From: the human T2T-CHM13v2.0 reference genome, Homo sapiens
Strand: one strand, 5' to 3'
Assembly: GCF_009914755.1 (NCBI RefSeq)
Contig: NC_060935.1
DNA length: 64,000 nt
Shown here: one piece after another, positions 1 to 22,289 of the stretch
Layout: the number at the start of each line of letters is the position of its first letter
How positions within the stretch are numbered: the first letter of the stretch is position 1
Translations under genes and position numbers: made by a program
The notes under the pieces: model-generated
What the model saw: the letters and a program-made list of their open reading frames with translations, nothing else
What the model was told of the DNA's origin: nothing
Databases searched by the model: none

Positions 1-57
1 TCCCTGCCTCTTTCCACTCTCTATTACCTTCTCTCTCATCTTTCCTTAAGGCACTAG

Positions 58-4255
<4,198 letters not shown>

Positions 4256-4510
4256 GCCCCCAAACCCACATCTGCCCCTGCACACAGTGACTGCCCCCGT
4301 TACCCTGGGGAATGGCTGCAGATCCCTCTGTGCATATGGGGTGGGAGGGTGAGGGCGTGGGGAAGAGTCACAGGTTACCTGTGGCACATTGCAGGGTCCT
4401 TCCCAAAGGGGCCTGGCCTGTCTCAGGCCACAGGCCCTGGATCCCTGCACTAGCTTAGCTCTGAGGCCTGTGTAAAAGGTTGTGAAACCACACTGCAGTG
4501 ACTTGATTTT

Positions 4511-4731
4511 CAGGGTTGCCCCATCTTTTGGCTTCCCTGGGCTGCTCTGGAAGAAGAATTGCCTTGGGCTGCACATAAAATACACTAACGATAGCTGATG
4601 AGCTAAAAAAAAAAAAAAAATCACAAAAAAATCTCATGATGTTTTAAGAAAGTTTGAGAATTTGCATTGGGCCGCATTCAAGGCTGTCTCGGGACACATG
4701 CACTCTGTGGGCTGTGGGTTGGACAAGCTTG
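4511..4731. mobile_element. MER30 hAT MITE
   Basis: CAGGG...CTTTTGGCTTCCCTGGGC...GATAGCTGATGAGCT(A)n...TTGGACAAGCTTG. Confidence 0.75.
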
Positions 4732-5296
4732 ATTTAGGTTTTGTTCCACCAGACTGGAGTGTTTCATCCTGCCTGTGTCTAGCAGCATGTTAGAAGGCTG
4801 CATTCTCTTAGCAGAGACCCTGTGATTGAGACAGAGCAGGATTCCTCCTTAGAGGCCTGTGGCTGCTCCCCCGACCACCCCAGCATGGAAATAAAACAAA
4901 AACCTTGAGTTCCTTCCTTCAAGGGAAATTCCAGGCACCTAGCTGACCTTGAGAAGTAAATGAGCAACTTGATAAGCCAGAAAGTGTGAAAGGAAGAATA
5001 AAATCTTGGGAGCCCAAATTCACTATGCCAAAAAGGAAAAGTTAAGTGTGGAAGCTGAGTCACGGGAGGGGGCGGGAACAAGTGCCTTTCCTTTTGTTTC
5101 TAAACTGATAGCTGCAGATGGAAGGCCACAGGTGGCCTCCTTCACCCTGACAATGTAAATTAACAGCTTATCTTTGCAGGCGGGGGATGAGGGTAGGTAA
5201 GGGACAAGAGGAGACTAGAAATCATCGTCCCCACCCACTCCAAGATAAATGCATATTTGACTGTTTCCTGTACTCTGTTTATTTTGTCTTATGTAA

Positions 5297-5732
<436 letters not shown>

Positions 5733-5765
5733 TGACCATATCCTCCCTCTTTTTTTTTTTTTTAA

Positions 5766-6101
<336 letters not shown>

Positions 6102-6103
6102 AC

Positions 6104-6514
6104 TTTCATGCACGTCCGTGTAAAGAGACCACCAAACAGGCTTTGTGTGAGCAATAAAGCTTTTAATCACTTGGGTGCAGGCAGGCTGAGTCCAAAAAGA
6201 GAGTCAGTGAAGAGAGATAGGGGTGGGGCCATTTTATAAGATTTGGGTAGATAAAGGAAAATTACAGTCAAAGGGGGTTGTTCTCTGGCAGGCAGGAGTG
6301 GGGGTCACAAGGTGCTCAGTGGGGGAGCTTTTGAGCCAGGATGAGCCAGGAGAAGGAATTTCACAAGACAATGTCATCAGTTAAGGCAGGAACGGGCCAT
6401 TTTCACTTCTTTTGTGGTGGATTGTCATCAGTTAAGGCAGCAACCAGCCATCTGGATGTGTACGTGCAGGTCACAGGGGATATGATGGCTTAGCTTGGGC
6501 CCAGAGGGCTGACA
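6104..6514 (-). promoter_or_regulatory. HERV-H 3' LTR (411 bp)
   Basis: TGTCAGCCCTCTG...GCATGAAA on the minus strand, preceded by the PPT. Confidence 0.9.
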
Positions 6515-6959
6515 TTCCTGTCTTCTTATATTAATAAGAAAAATAAAATGAAATAGTGGTAAAGTGTTGGGATGGCGAAAATTTTGGGGGATGGTATGGA
6601 GAGATAATGGGGGATGTTTCTCAGGGCTGCTTCGAGCGGGATTAGGGGTGGCGTGGGAACCTAGAGTGGGAGAGATTAAGCTGAAGGAAGATTTTGTGGT
6701 AAGGGGTGATATTGTGGGGTTGTTAGAAGAAACATTTGTCATTTAGAATTATTGGTGATGGCCTGGATACAGTTTTGTATGAATTGAAAAACTAAATGGA
6801 ATAAGAGAAGGAGAAAAACAGGTATAAAAGGTCTAAGAATTGGGACGACTCAGGACATCTGATTAGAGAGTGCCTAAGGAGATTCAGCATAGTCCTGCCA
6901 GCAAAGATTATTTATTTACTTCAAGAGGTAAGAGTGGCAGTTTGGGGATAGCACCAGGA

Positions 6960-9900
6960 GATATCAGCTGTGATGGCTTAGAGAAACAGTGTAAACCGGC
7001 AGTGTAAACAAGAGCAGAGCATGTATGAGTAGTTGAGAACGGTGAATAGGAGTATGACTAGACAGAAGATAGTAGGGATGACAAGTTTTTTTGGGGGCAC
7101 GGTGGAAGTTGGTCTGATGTCTGGAATGAGACTGGGGCCTAATAAAAAGGAGCATCTATACAGGAGCTCAAATGGGCTGTACCTTGTAGCATTCTGAGGA
7201 CATGTCTGACTTCTGAGAAGGGAAAGTGGTAAAAGTATTGTCCAGTCCTTTTTAAGTTGGTGGCTGAGCTTGGTGAGGTGTGTTTTTAAAAGACCTTTAG
7301 TCCGTTCTACTTTTCCTGAAGACACAGGACAGTAAGGGATATAAAGGTTTCACTGAATACTAAGAGCCTGAAAACCTGCTTGGCTGATTTGACTAATAAA
7401 GGCTGGTCTGTTAACAGACTGTATAGAGGTGGGAAGACTAAACTGAGGAATTATGTCTGACAGAAGGGAAGAAATGACTGCGGTGGCCTTCTCAGACCCT
7501 GTAGGAAAGGTCTGTACCTATTCAGTGAAAGTGTCTACCTAGACTAAGAGGTATTTTAGTTATCTGACTCGGGGCATGTTGAGTAAAGCTAATTTGCCAG
7601 TCCTGGGTGGGGGCAAATCCTCGAGCTTGATGTGTAGGGAAGGGAGGGGGCCTGAATAATCCCTGAGGGATAGTAGAATAGCAGATGGAACACTGAGAAG
7701 TTATTTCCTTGAGGATAGATTTCCACGATGGAAAGGAAATGGGAGGTTCTAAGAGGCCGGCTAGTGGCTTGTACTATAGCATAACCTGCCTTTGCTGGTG
7801 TGTGGCGATTAGGCCTGGTGGAAACCACCATCAATAAATCAAGCGTGATCAGGGTGAGGAACAGGAAAGAAGGAAATATGGGGAAATTGGGTGAATGTCA
7901 GGTGGATCAGAGAGATACAGTCATGGGGGTCAGGTGTGGTATCAGGAATAATGTGGGAGGCCGGATTGAAGTCCGGGCCAGGAACAATGGTAATTGTGGG
8001 ACTTAACAACGAGTGAGTACAGCTGAAGGAGCCAGGGAGCAGAAAGTATATGCGTCAGGTATGAGGAAGAAAATAGATTTTGGAAGTTATGAGAAATGTA
8101 GAGAGTAAGTTGAGCATAGTTTGTGATTTTGAGGGCCTCTAAAAGTATTAGGGCGGCAGCAGCCGCTGCACGGAGACATGAGGGCTAGGCTAAAACAGTA
8201 AGGTCAAGTTGTTTGCACAGAAAGGCTACAGGGTGCGGTCCTGGCTCTTGTGTAAGAATTCTGACCGCACTAACCATGCCTAGGAAGGAAAGGAGTTGTT
8301 GTTTTGTAAGGGATTGAGGTTTGGGAGATTAATCAGACATGATTAACAGGGAGAGCACGTGTGTTTTTATGAGAATTATGCCGAGATAGGTAACAGATGA
8401 GGATGAAATTTGGGCTTGACTGAAGTAATGGGGGCTGTCTGTGAAGCCTTGTGGCAGTACAGCCCAGGTAATTTGCTGAGCCTGATGGGTGTCAGAGTCA
8501 GTCCAAGTGAAGCGAAGAGAGGCTGGGATGACGGGTGCAAAGGAATAGTAAAGAAAGCACGTTTGAGATCCAGTACAGAGTAATGGATTGTGGAGAGAGG
8601 TATTGAGGATAGGAGAGTATATGGGTTTAGCACCATGGGGTGGATAGGCAAAACAATTTGGTTGATAAGGCATAGATCCTGAACTAACTTGTAAGGCTTG
8701 TCTGGTTTTAGGACAGGTAAAATGGGGGAATTGTAAGGAGAGTTTATAGGCTTTAGAAGGCCATGCTGTAGCAGGCGAGTGATAACAGGCTTTAATCCTT
8801 TCAAAGCATGCTGTGGGATGGGATATTGGCATTGAGCCGTGTGAGGGTGATTAGGTTTTAATGAGATGGTAAGGGGTGCATGATTGGTCACCAAGGAGGG
8901 AGTAGAGGTATCTTATACTTGTGGGTTAAGGTGGGGGAATACAAGAGGAGGACGCAAAGGAGGCTTTGGATTGGGAAGAAGGGCAGCAATAAGATGCAGC
9001 TGTAATCCAGGAATAGTCAGGGAAGCAGATCATTTAGTTAAAGTGTCTCAGCCTAATAAGGGAACTGGGCAGGTGGGGATAACTAAAAGGAGTGCTCAAA
9101 AGAGTATTGTCTAAATTGGCAGCAGGGTTGGGGAGTTTTAAGAGGTTTAGAAGTCTGGCTGTCAATACGCACAGCAGTTATGGAGGCAAGGGAAACAGGC
9201 CTTTGAAAAGTAGGTAATGTGGAGTGGGTAGCCTCCGTATTGACTAAGAAGGGGAAGGACTTACCCTCCACTGTGAGATTACTTAAAGCTCGGCATCCGC
9301 GATGGTCTACGGGGCTTCCAAGGCGATCAGGCAGCATCAGTCTTCAGCTGCTAAGCCGAGAAGGAGTCAGTCAGAGAGCCTTGGGCCAGAATTCCAGGGG
9401 TTCTGGGAGTGGCTGCCAGGTGAGTTGAACAGTCCGATTTCCAGTGGGGTCCCGCGCAGATGGGACACGGCTTAGGAGGAATCCTGGGCTGCAGGCATTC
9501 CTCGGCCTGGTGGTCAGATTTCTGGCACTTGTAGCAAGTTCCTGGGGGAGGAGGTTCTGGAGGAACGCCTGGCCACTGCGGTTTAGGCGTTTGGAAGTTC
9601 TTGTGGGCTGGAGATGTGGCTGGGGTTTGTCTCACAGTAAAGGCAAGGAATTGCGACTTTTTTCTATTATTGTACACCTTGAAGGTGAGGTTAATTAAAT
9701 CCTGTTGTGGGGTTTGAGGGCTGGAATTTAATTTTTGGAGTTTTATTTAATGTCGGGAGCAGATTGAGTAATAAAATGTATATTGAGAATAATACAGCCT
9801 TTTGACCTTTTAGGTCTAGGGCTGTAAAGCATCTCAGGGTTGCTGCCGAACGAGCCATGAACTGGGCTGGGTTTTTTATATTTGATGAAAAAGAGCCTAA

Positions 9901-10081
9901 ACGCTATCTGATTTGGGATAAAGAAAAAGGAGCATTAACCTTGACTATGCCTTTAGCTCCAGCCACCTTTTTAAGAGTAAATTGCTGGGCAGGTGGGGGA
10001 GGGCTAGTCACGGAATGAAACTGTAAGCCGGACGGGTGTGTGGAGGGGAGGTGATAAAAGAATTATAGGGTGGAGGAGCAG
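6960..10081 (-). pseudogene. HERV-H gag (PPPY, NC knuckles), pro and deleted pol remnants
   Basis: ASAPPPY; CYKCQKSDHQAEEC and CPICAGPHWKSDC; LVNTEAT (defective protease site); YKLVQDL, VLDLKRAFF, VLPQGF with the YXDD region missing; SSGKVERT integrase fragment. Confidence 0.9.
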
Positions 10082-10086
10082 AGGCT

Positions 10087-11053
10087 TGAAGGGGTGGGTT
10101 GCCCCTCCACACCTGTGGGTGTTTCTCGTAAGGTGGAACGAGAGACTTGGAAAAGAAAAAGACACAGAGACAAAGTATAGAGAAAGAAATAAGGGGACCC
10201 GGGGAACCAGCGTTCAGCATATGGAGGATCCCGCCAGCCTCTGAGTTCCCTTAGTATTTATTGATCATTCGTGGGTGTTTCTCCGAGAGGGGGATGTGTC
10301 AGGGTCACAAGACAATAGTGGGGAGAGGGTCAGCAGACAAACACGTGAACAAAGGTCTTTGCATCATAGACGAGGTAAAGGATTAAGTGCTGTGCTCTTA
10401 GATATGCATACACATAAACATCTCAATGCTTTACAAAGCAGTATTGCTGCCCGCATGTCCCACCTCCAGCCCTAAGGCGTTTTTCCCTATCTCAGTAGAT
10501 GGAACGTACAATCGGGTTTTATACCGAGACATTCCATTGTCCAGGGACGGGCAGGAGACAGACGCCTTCCTCTTGTCTCAACTGCAAGAGGCATGCCTTC
10601 CTCTTATACTAATCCTCCTCACACAGACCCTTTATGGGTGTCGGGCTGGGGGACGGTCAGGTCTTTCCCTTCCCACGAGGCCATATTTCAGACTATCACA
10701 TGGGGAGAAACCTTGGACAATACCTGGCTTTCCTAGGCAGAGGTCCCTGCGGCCTTCCGCAGTGTTTGTGTCCCTGGGTACTTGAGATTAGGGAGTGGTG
10801 ATGACTCTTAAAGAGCATGCTGCCTTCAAGCATTTGTTTAACAAAGCACATCTTGCACAACCCTTAATCCATTTAACCCTGAGTTTGACACAGCACATGT
10901 TTCAGAGAGCACGGGGTTGGGGGTAAGGTCATAGATTAACAGCATCTCAAGGCAGAAGAATTTTTCTTAGTACAGAACAAAATGGAGTCTCCTATGTCTA
11001 CTTCTTTCTATACAGACACAGTAACAATCTGATCTCTCTTGCTTTTCCCCACA
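10087..11053 (-). promoter_or_regulatory. HML-2 3' LTR (967 bp); polyA signal at 10262-10257
   Basis: Preceded by PPT AAAAGAAAAGGGGGAAA (11070-11054). Confidence 0.95.
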
Positions 11054-11147
11054 TTTCCCCCTTTTCTTTTCGACAAAACCGCCATCGTCATCATGGCCCA
11101 TTCTCGATGGTCGCTGTCTCTTCGGAGCTGTTGGGTACACCTGCAGA
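10967..11147 (-). CDS. np9: Np9 coding exon 2 ([60 protein letters not shown])
   Basis: ttgttag| acceptor at 11149-11148; 44+181 nt = 74 aa + stop; matches ORF track 10967..11170. Confidence 0.85.
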
Positions 11148-12769
11148 CTAACAACAGACAAAACAGGCACACAAGGATTAATATGAGATTTATAATTGTA
11201 GTACTTCCGATGGTCTTAACCCAAGTGACAGGGTTAAGATTTGCGAGGCCATCAGCAACTCCTGCAATTGCCTCAGTTCCTGGCACCAAATTTAAATGGG
11301 CTTTTGATGCTTCAAAAATTTTTTCTTTTAATTTGGAAATGTCTAAAGTGAGATTATCTTCTCTTCCCTGTAGATGGTGTCTAACCATGTCCCAGTGATG
11401 CTCAGACTCATTATAAATTTGGGGTGTAATACAAAAGTCTGACGTATTGCAGTCACACTGTAACTGGAAACGACGTTCTAAGCTCATGAGTCTGTCTCCT
11501 ATCCAAATGAGTTTGTCTAAGATGATTAATTTGATTTGCCAATTTTTGATCAATACTAGATTGTGAATTCCACAATCTTGCAGAATTCTTTTGCCAATCA
11601 TTAACAAAGTTTACCGACTGAACAGAAGAGTGCAATGCAACTCCTGCCACAGCAGCCGTAGCTGTGACTGCAATTAATCCCATAATCACTGCAATTAAAG
11701 TAAAAATGAATCTTTTGGATCTATTTAAAATGCCTTTTAATACTTCAGTCAAAATATGGATGGATGGCGAGGCCTCCCACGGTCTGTCCATGGACACAGG
11801 GATCCACACGCCTTCTCTTGCTCTCACCAGCAGAATACGCTGCTGCCAATTAAAAGTTGAATCAATGCAAGTAAACAATCTACAATTTTCACAGGTTATA
11901 GTTTGGGAGTCTGGTTTAATAACTATATTTCCTACAACTAGCATATAAGGGGGCTTTACGCAACTCTGTAAAGGAACCGTTAGACTGGAATTTAGGTCGA
12001 TAGTATAAAATGGCTTACGATCTCTTGTTTCTGAAGTTTGATTTCCAGACCAAATTCTAATGTGGTGTGAGGCCACAATAAGCCTCCATAATTCTGGATG
12101 TTCAGGACCAGAAACAGGACTTATTATTTTTGGTCTTGGGGTAGAGATTCCTTTTTCTCCCCATTCCCAAGGGTACAAAGACTGTAATTTTTTATGCTTA
12201 TGTTTGTCTAGACTTTCTGTTAAGTCGCTATCAACAGCTGGACTCACTTGTGCACTTGGACACAACTGAGTTTGTCCTGAGCAATTGTGATCGAATTGAC
12301 CTCGAGGTGCCCAATCTATAATAGTTCCGAATTCATTGTTTTGTAATATCACCGCACTATTGGCCACACATTCTTCCCAAACTAAAACTTCTGTATTTTT
12401 TGATTCTTTGGGAATTTCCTTGGGGCAAGGTTTTCCTTTAGGTCTAAATTTTAATGATCTTTGATAAGAAAAGTCCTGTAAATAATTTACTCGTGGCCTG
12501 AGTGACATCCCGCTTACCATGTGATAAGTGAATCTACCGTTAGGACTGACAGTAGGTACTTCTACCAACCAATTTTGGACTGCATGTATTAAACATCCTG
12601 GTGCTCTCCCTAGGCAAATAGGATAACGATACCCAGTGGAAATATTTATCATTATCCCTTCTTCCTCAGGTTTGATAGGGCAGCGATCGTCTGTGGGGCC
12701 AGGTACCCGTACACTATCATTAACATATACTTCTATAGGATTATCCATCCATGTGACTGGTGTTACCAT
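11008..12769 (-). pseudogene. env: HML-2 type-1 env: no signal peptide; SU + furin site RSKR + fusion peptide open, frameshift ~11510 before the TM anchor
   Basis: ORF 11453..12916 contains ...[20 protein letters not shown] junction, RSKR and [12 protein letters not shown]; remainder in ORF 11008..11607. Confidence 0.93.
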
Positions 12770-16320
<3,551 letters not shown>

Positions 16321-18258
16321 GACAATGGTTGCCTGTTTTTATCAAATTTAGAATGACACTGACTAGCCCCATGTTTTCCTTTTTTACATTTTGGACATAA
16401 GTCAGGTGGCTCTCTACCTGTTGTAGTTGCTTGAATAGTTATATTCTGTTTATTTAAGACTGGCCAATTCTTTTTTAAATGACCAATTTGACCACAATTA
16501 TAACATTTTCCTCCAAATGTTTTAACTTGTCCTCCTAAAACAACTCCTGTTATTGCTTGAGCCATAAGCATAGCTTTATGCATATCTCCTCCGATTCCAT
16601 CACAGGCTTTTACATACTCTGAGATTACATCTGACCCTGTGGGAACCTTTCCTTTTAATGGCTTAATGGCTGATTGACACTCAGGATTGGCGTTTTCATA
16701 TGCCATCAACTCCACTATGACCTTATGGGCTTTTTCGTCGGCAATTGACTTTTGAGCAACATCTTGGAGCCTTGCCACAAAATCAGGGTAGGGCTCTTTT
16801 GAACCTTGTCTTACTGTATTAAATGAGGGGCAGGCGCTTCCTGGGTCTTGGATTTTTTCCCAGGCTCTAAGGCAGATAGCTCTAACTTGCTCAATGGCCT
16901 CATTTTGCATGAATGCTTGTTGACTAATAGTACTCCAATTTTGACCTCTTCCTAATAGTTGATCTGCATCTATGTTAACTGGAGGATTGGCAGCCCTATT
17001 TCTTCGGACCTGTTCTTGTACCCCATCAATCCACCAAGTCTTAAATTGTAAAAATTGAGAGGGTGAGAGAGATGATCTTGCCAGAATCTCCCAATCATAA
17101 GGAATGAGTCTATGTCCATGAGCAATGGAATCTAATAATGTACTCATATAAGGGGAGTTGGGTCCATACTGTTTTACTCCCTCTTTCATATCTTTTAGCA
17201 TTTTTATCAAAAAAGACTTGTATCTGGCCTCAACTGTGAGAGGCTCTCCCTCTTGGGCTTCTTCTCCAGGTGGCATCGGTTCTAACGTTACTGGGAATTG
17301 CCACGCCTCAGTATCTCCTTCCTTTCTTCTCAATAATTTCATGTAATTCACTACCCTGTCTACTAGGCGGTGCCGTAGGATTAAGTCTCCTAGTGGGCGG
17401 CTGAGGGTATGGCGCCCTGCCCTGTGGTGCTGGGGGCATTCCTGGATATCCATACTGACTTTCTGGGGGTGGCTGATACTGAAGTTCAGCCAGCGGCCAG
17501 TATTGATAAGCTACTGGTGGTTGGCTCTTATTTTCTCTAACCTGCGTTTGAGGTTGTAATGTTACGGGCACCTGACCTGCTGGAAGAGGACTTGGCCCTC
17601 GTGGTTTAGACTCTGATGGCCCCACTAATTCGGGACCTTTTCCTTCTAATTTTAACGTTTCAGGATATATCACCTCCTGTAATTGATTATAGTCAACATT
17701 TTGCATTGACTGAGCCATTACCGGCTCTGCTACATATTCGCAATGTAAACCTTCCGTTTCTTTCTGGGATTTTTTTCCTTGTCTTTTCATTACAATCTAT
17801 TAAACAGCTTCCAGGGGCATCAGAAACTGAAACGCTATCTTCTTCTGTTTGAAATGGTTCTAAAGCTGCTTTAATAATGGCCCAATCATTCCATACTGTA
17901 AGTGGAATGATATTACCCTTCCTACTTGCTTGTTTTAGTTCCTTAACAATTCTTTTCCAATCTTTTAGATCTAAAGTTCCTTGTTCTGGAAACCATGGGC
18001 AAAATTGTTCTATTGTTTGAAATAGCTTGATTAGATTTTTTGTAGATACTTTAACTCCCCCTCTTTTTAAAAGAATTTTAATAAAGCTGAGAAAAGAGGC
18101 ATATTTACTTTTAGTTTTACTTTAGTTTGCCCCATTATCACCCTAGCTTCTTCTGAGCCCACAAGCTTACCGTAAGGCTGACTGTAGACGTACTCGGGAT
18201 CTCTCGTCGACTTGTCCTCAATGACCACGCTTGAGAGTACCTTCACCCTAGAGAAAAG

Positions 18259-18276
18259 CCTCCACGTTGGGCACCA
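18259..18276 (-). other. Primer-binding site, tRNA-Lys type (TGGTGCCCAACGTGGAGG)
   Basis: 2 nt downstream of the 5' LTR; near-complement of the tRNA-Lys1,2 3' end. Confidence 0.9.
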
Positions 18277-18278
18277 GA

Positions 18279-19246
18279 TGAAGGGGTGGGTTGCCCCTCC
18301 ACACCTGTGGGTGTTTCTCGTAAGGTGGAACGAGAGACTTGGAAAAGAAAAAGACACAGAGACAAAGTATAGAGAAAGAAATAAGGGGACCCGGGGAACC
18401 AGCGTTCAGCATATGGAGGATCCCGCCAGCCTCTGAGTTCCCTTAGTATTTATTGATCATTCGTGGGTGTTTCTCCGAGAGGGGGATGTGTCAGGGTCAC
18501 AAGACAATAGTGGGGAGAGGGTCAGCAGACAAACACGTGAACAAAGGTCTTTGCATCATAGACGAGGTAAAGGATTAAGTGCTGTGCTCTTAGATATGCA
18601 TACACATAAACATCTCAATGCTTTACAAAGCAGTATTGCTGCCCGCATGTCCCACCTCCAGCCCTAAGGCGTTTTTCCCTATCTCAGTAGATGGAACGTA
18701 CAATCGGGTTTTATACCGAGACATTCCATTGTCCAGGGACGGGCAGGAGACAGACGCCTTCCTCTTGTCTCAACTGCAAGAGGCATGCCTTCCTCTTATA
18801 CTAATCCTCCTCAGCACAGACCCTTTACGGGTGTCGGGCAGGGGGACGGTCAGGTCTTTCCCTTCCCACGAGGCCATATTTCAGACTATCACATGGGGAG
18901 AAACCTTGGACAATACCTGGCTTTCCTAGGCAGAGGTCCCTGCGGCCTTCCGCAGTGTTTGTGTCCCTGGGTACTTGAGATTAGGGAGTGGTGATGACTC
19001 TTAAGGAGCATGCTGCCTTCAAGCATTTGTTTAACAAAGCACATCTTGCACAACCCTTAATCCATTTAACCCTGAGTTTGACACAGCACATGTTTCAGAG
19101 AGCATGGGGTTGGGGGTAAGGTCATAGATTAACAGCATCTCAAGGCAGAAGAATTTTTCTTAGTACAGAACAAAATGGAGTCTCCTATGTCTACTTCTTT
19201 CTATACAGACACAGTAACAATCTGATCTCTCTTGCTTTTCCCCACA
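18279..19246 (-). promoter_or_regulatory. HML-2 5' LTR (LTR5_Hs-like, 968 bp); AATAAA at 18454-18449
   Basis: Direct repeat of 10087-11053; immediately followed by the PBS. Confidence 0.95.
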
Positions 19247-20495
19247 AGGCTGAGGAAGAATTGGGACCTAGCTCAGCCTGGGGAGGAGCAGCCTGGGGAG
19301 GAGGGGAGAGGTTAGATGGGTCTGTAGAAAAGGAGGATTAGAAAGACTCAGCAACGCTTGGGGTTGGGACTGAAGGGACAGGCAGGAGGGAAAGAAGGAA
19401 GATTTGGGATGAGTTGCATTGGGAGCAGAGACTATGGAGAGACTGATGTATAAAAGAATGCCTGCACGTCAGGCACCTCAGACCATTTGCCTATTTTACG
19501 ACAAGAAGTATTTAGATCTTGCAGGATGGAAAAATTGAAAGAGCCATTTTCTGGCTATTTGGAACTACTGTTGAGTTTGTATTGGGGTCAAGCAGCATTG
19601 CAGAAGAAAATAAGATGCTTAGATTTTAGGTCAGGTGAGAGTTGAAGAGGTTTTAAGTTCTTAAGAACACAGGCTAAGGGAGAAGAAGGAGGAATTGAGG
19701 GTGGAAGGTTGCCCATAGTGAAGCCTAGAGAAAAGAGAGAGTAGAGACATGAAGGGAAGGGGCTTGGGGGTTCTTACCCTCCAGAAAGCGGGAAAGGGGT
19801 CAGGGCACAGAGATATGAGGTCGGGGCGCAGAAATAAGGGATTGGGGTGCAGAGATATAAGAGGTTGGGGCATGGAAATTAGGGATCGGGGCGCAGAGAT
19901 ATAAGGGGTTGGGGTACTTGCCCCTCCCCCAGAAAAGTGGTACTTGCCGCTAAGGGTGAAGGAGAAGGGGTTGGGGGTTTCTTGCACCCCAGAAAGGTGG
20001 AGAAGGGGTAGAGACACGGAGAGAAGGGGTTGGGGTACTTACCCCTTCCCCAGAAAAGTGGGACTTGCCGCTAAGGGTGAAGGACCAAGGCAGGTGTCCC
20101 TGCGTGGTCTGACACCTCTGAAACATGGGTGAATAATCAGAGAGGCGTCCCTACAATGATTAAACACCAAGGGAAGGCTGCCTTCCCTAGTCCGTGATCG
20201 GCGCCGGAGTTTTGGGTCCACGGAGAAAACATGTCTCCTTTGTCTCTACCAGGAAATGAAAGGAATTGAAATTAAGAGAAGGGAGAGATTGAAGAGTGGA
20301 AAGGAGAAAGTGGTTGAGGGATAGTGAGAGAGGTTGGAGAAGAGAGTAAGAAGAGGCCGCTTACCCGATTTAAAATTGGTGAGATGTTCCTTGGGCTGGT
20401 CGGTCTGAGGACCTGAGATTGTAGGTGGATCTTTCTCATGGAGCAAAGAACAGGAGGACAGGGGATTGATCTCCCAAGGGAGGTCCCCCCTCCCC

Positions 20496-20513
20496 ATCCG
20501 AGTCACAGCACCA
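20496..20513 (-). other. Primer-binding site, tRNA-His (TGGTGCTGTGACTCGGAT)
   Basis: One mismatch to the tRNA-His PBS TGGTGCCGTGACTCGGAT; adjacent to the 5' LTR. Confidence 0.9.
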
Positions 20514-20515
20514 AA

Positions 20516-20927
20516 TTTCATGTGCGTCCATGTAAAGAGACCACCAAACAGGCTTTGTGTGAGCAATAAAGCTTCTAATCACCTGGGTGCAGGTGGGCTG
20601 AGTCCGAAAACAGAGTCAGCAAAGACAGATAGGAGTGGGGCCATTTTATAAGATTTGGGTAGGTAAAGGAAAATTACAGTCAAAGGGGGGTTATTCTCTG
20701 GCAGGCAGGAGTAGGGGTCACAAGGTGCTCAGTAGGGGAGATTTTGAGCCAGGAAGAGCCAGGAGAAGGAATTTCACAAGGCAATGTCATCAGTTAAGGC
20801 AGGAACAGGCCATTTTCACTTCTTTTGTGGTGGAATGACATCAGTTAAGGCAGGAACTGGCCATCTGGATGTGTACGTGCAGGTCACAGGGGATATGATG
20901 GCTTATTTTGGGCTCAGAGGCCTGACC
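20516..20927 (-). promoter_or_regulatory. HERV-H 5' LTR (LTR7 family, probably LTR7B/7Y-like; terminal TG mutated to GG)
   Basis: Repeat of 6104-6514 with ~30 differences; duplicated U3 unit CATCAGTTAAGGCAG; subfamily from recall. Confidence 0.9.
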
Positions 20928-21050
20928 GCCACTTTTTCCCCTGTAAATATTGAAGCCCTCAAAGTCTTCTCTGGAAAAAGTATGGGCCACAGATTTTACT
21001 GTGGCTTGTGTCTTTTTTTCCCATGTACATCCTCAACCTTGGCAAAATAA

Positions 21051-21278
<228 letters not shown>

Positions 21279-21718
21279 TAGTAGAGATGGAGTTTCTCCA
21301 TGTTTGTCAGGTTGGTCTTGAACTCTCAACCTCAGGTGATCCGCCTGCCTTGGCCTCCCAACGTGCTGGGATTGTAGGCATGAGCCACTGCGCCCAGACC
21401 ATTTTCTTTGGTAAAAGTAACTTAAAATAATTGCTAAGGAAATTAGGGTCAGGAGATGTTTTGTTTCCTATAGAAACTAAAGATAACATCTTACCATATG
21501 TCCCTGAGTTGTTTTTTCAGAAACCCTGACCAAACAGAAACCCACCAAGCAGATCCCACCAGCTTGTAAGCCTCACATAAGGGGAAACTGAGGACTGAAC
21601 TCTGATCACAGTTCCTTGTTCTACATTTCTTCCTGAGGGGCCTGGAGGAGGTCATTCCCACATGCCAGGGCTAACATTTCTTTTTTTTTTTTTTTTGAGA
21701 CAGAGTCTTGCTCTGTAG

Positions 21719-21865
<147 letters not shown>

Positions 21866-22061
21866 TAGAGATTGGTGTTCACTGTGAGACCCCCATGTAT
21901 AGCCATCATATATTGGTTTATGGCTTTGCCTGTAATCTGTGCCTCTCTGCCTTTGAAAACCCTTACCTGGCCAGGCGCGGTGGTCACACCTGTAATCCCA
22001 GCACTTTGGGAGGCCGAGGCTGGCGGATCACGAGATCAGGAGATGAAGACCATCCTGACTA

Positions 22062-22289
<228 letters not shown>

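Noticed and set aside
10038-10785. Plus-strand ORFs duplicated at 18212-18994
   Set aside because: Antisense frames of the two HML-2 LTRs; identical only because the LTRs are repeats
11039-12269. Antisense ORFs over HML-2 env (119, 94 and 69 aa)
   Set aside because: Shadow frames of the env coding strand; no motifs or independent support
19790-20080. Degenerate G-rich repeats (GGGGCGCAGAGATATAAG-like) resembling a repeat array
   Set aside because: Ordinary repeats of the HERV-H leader/pre-gag region; no unique spacers, eukaryotic context, not CRISPR
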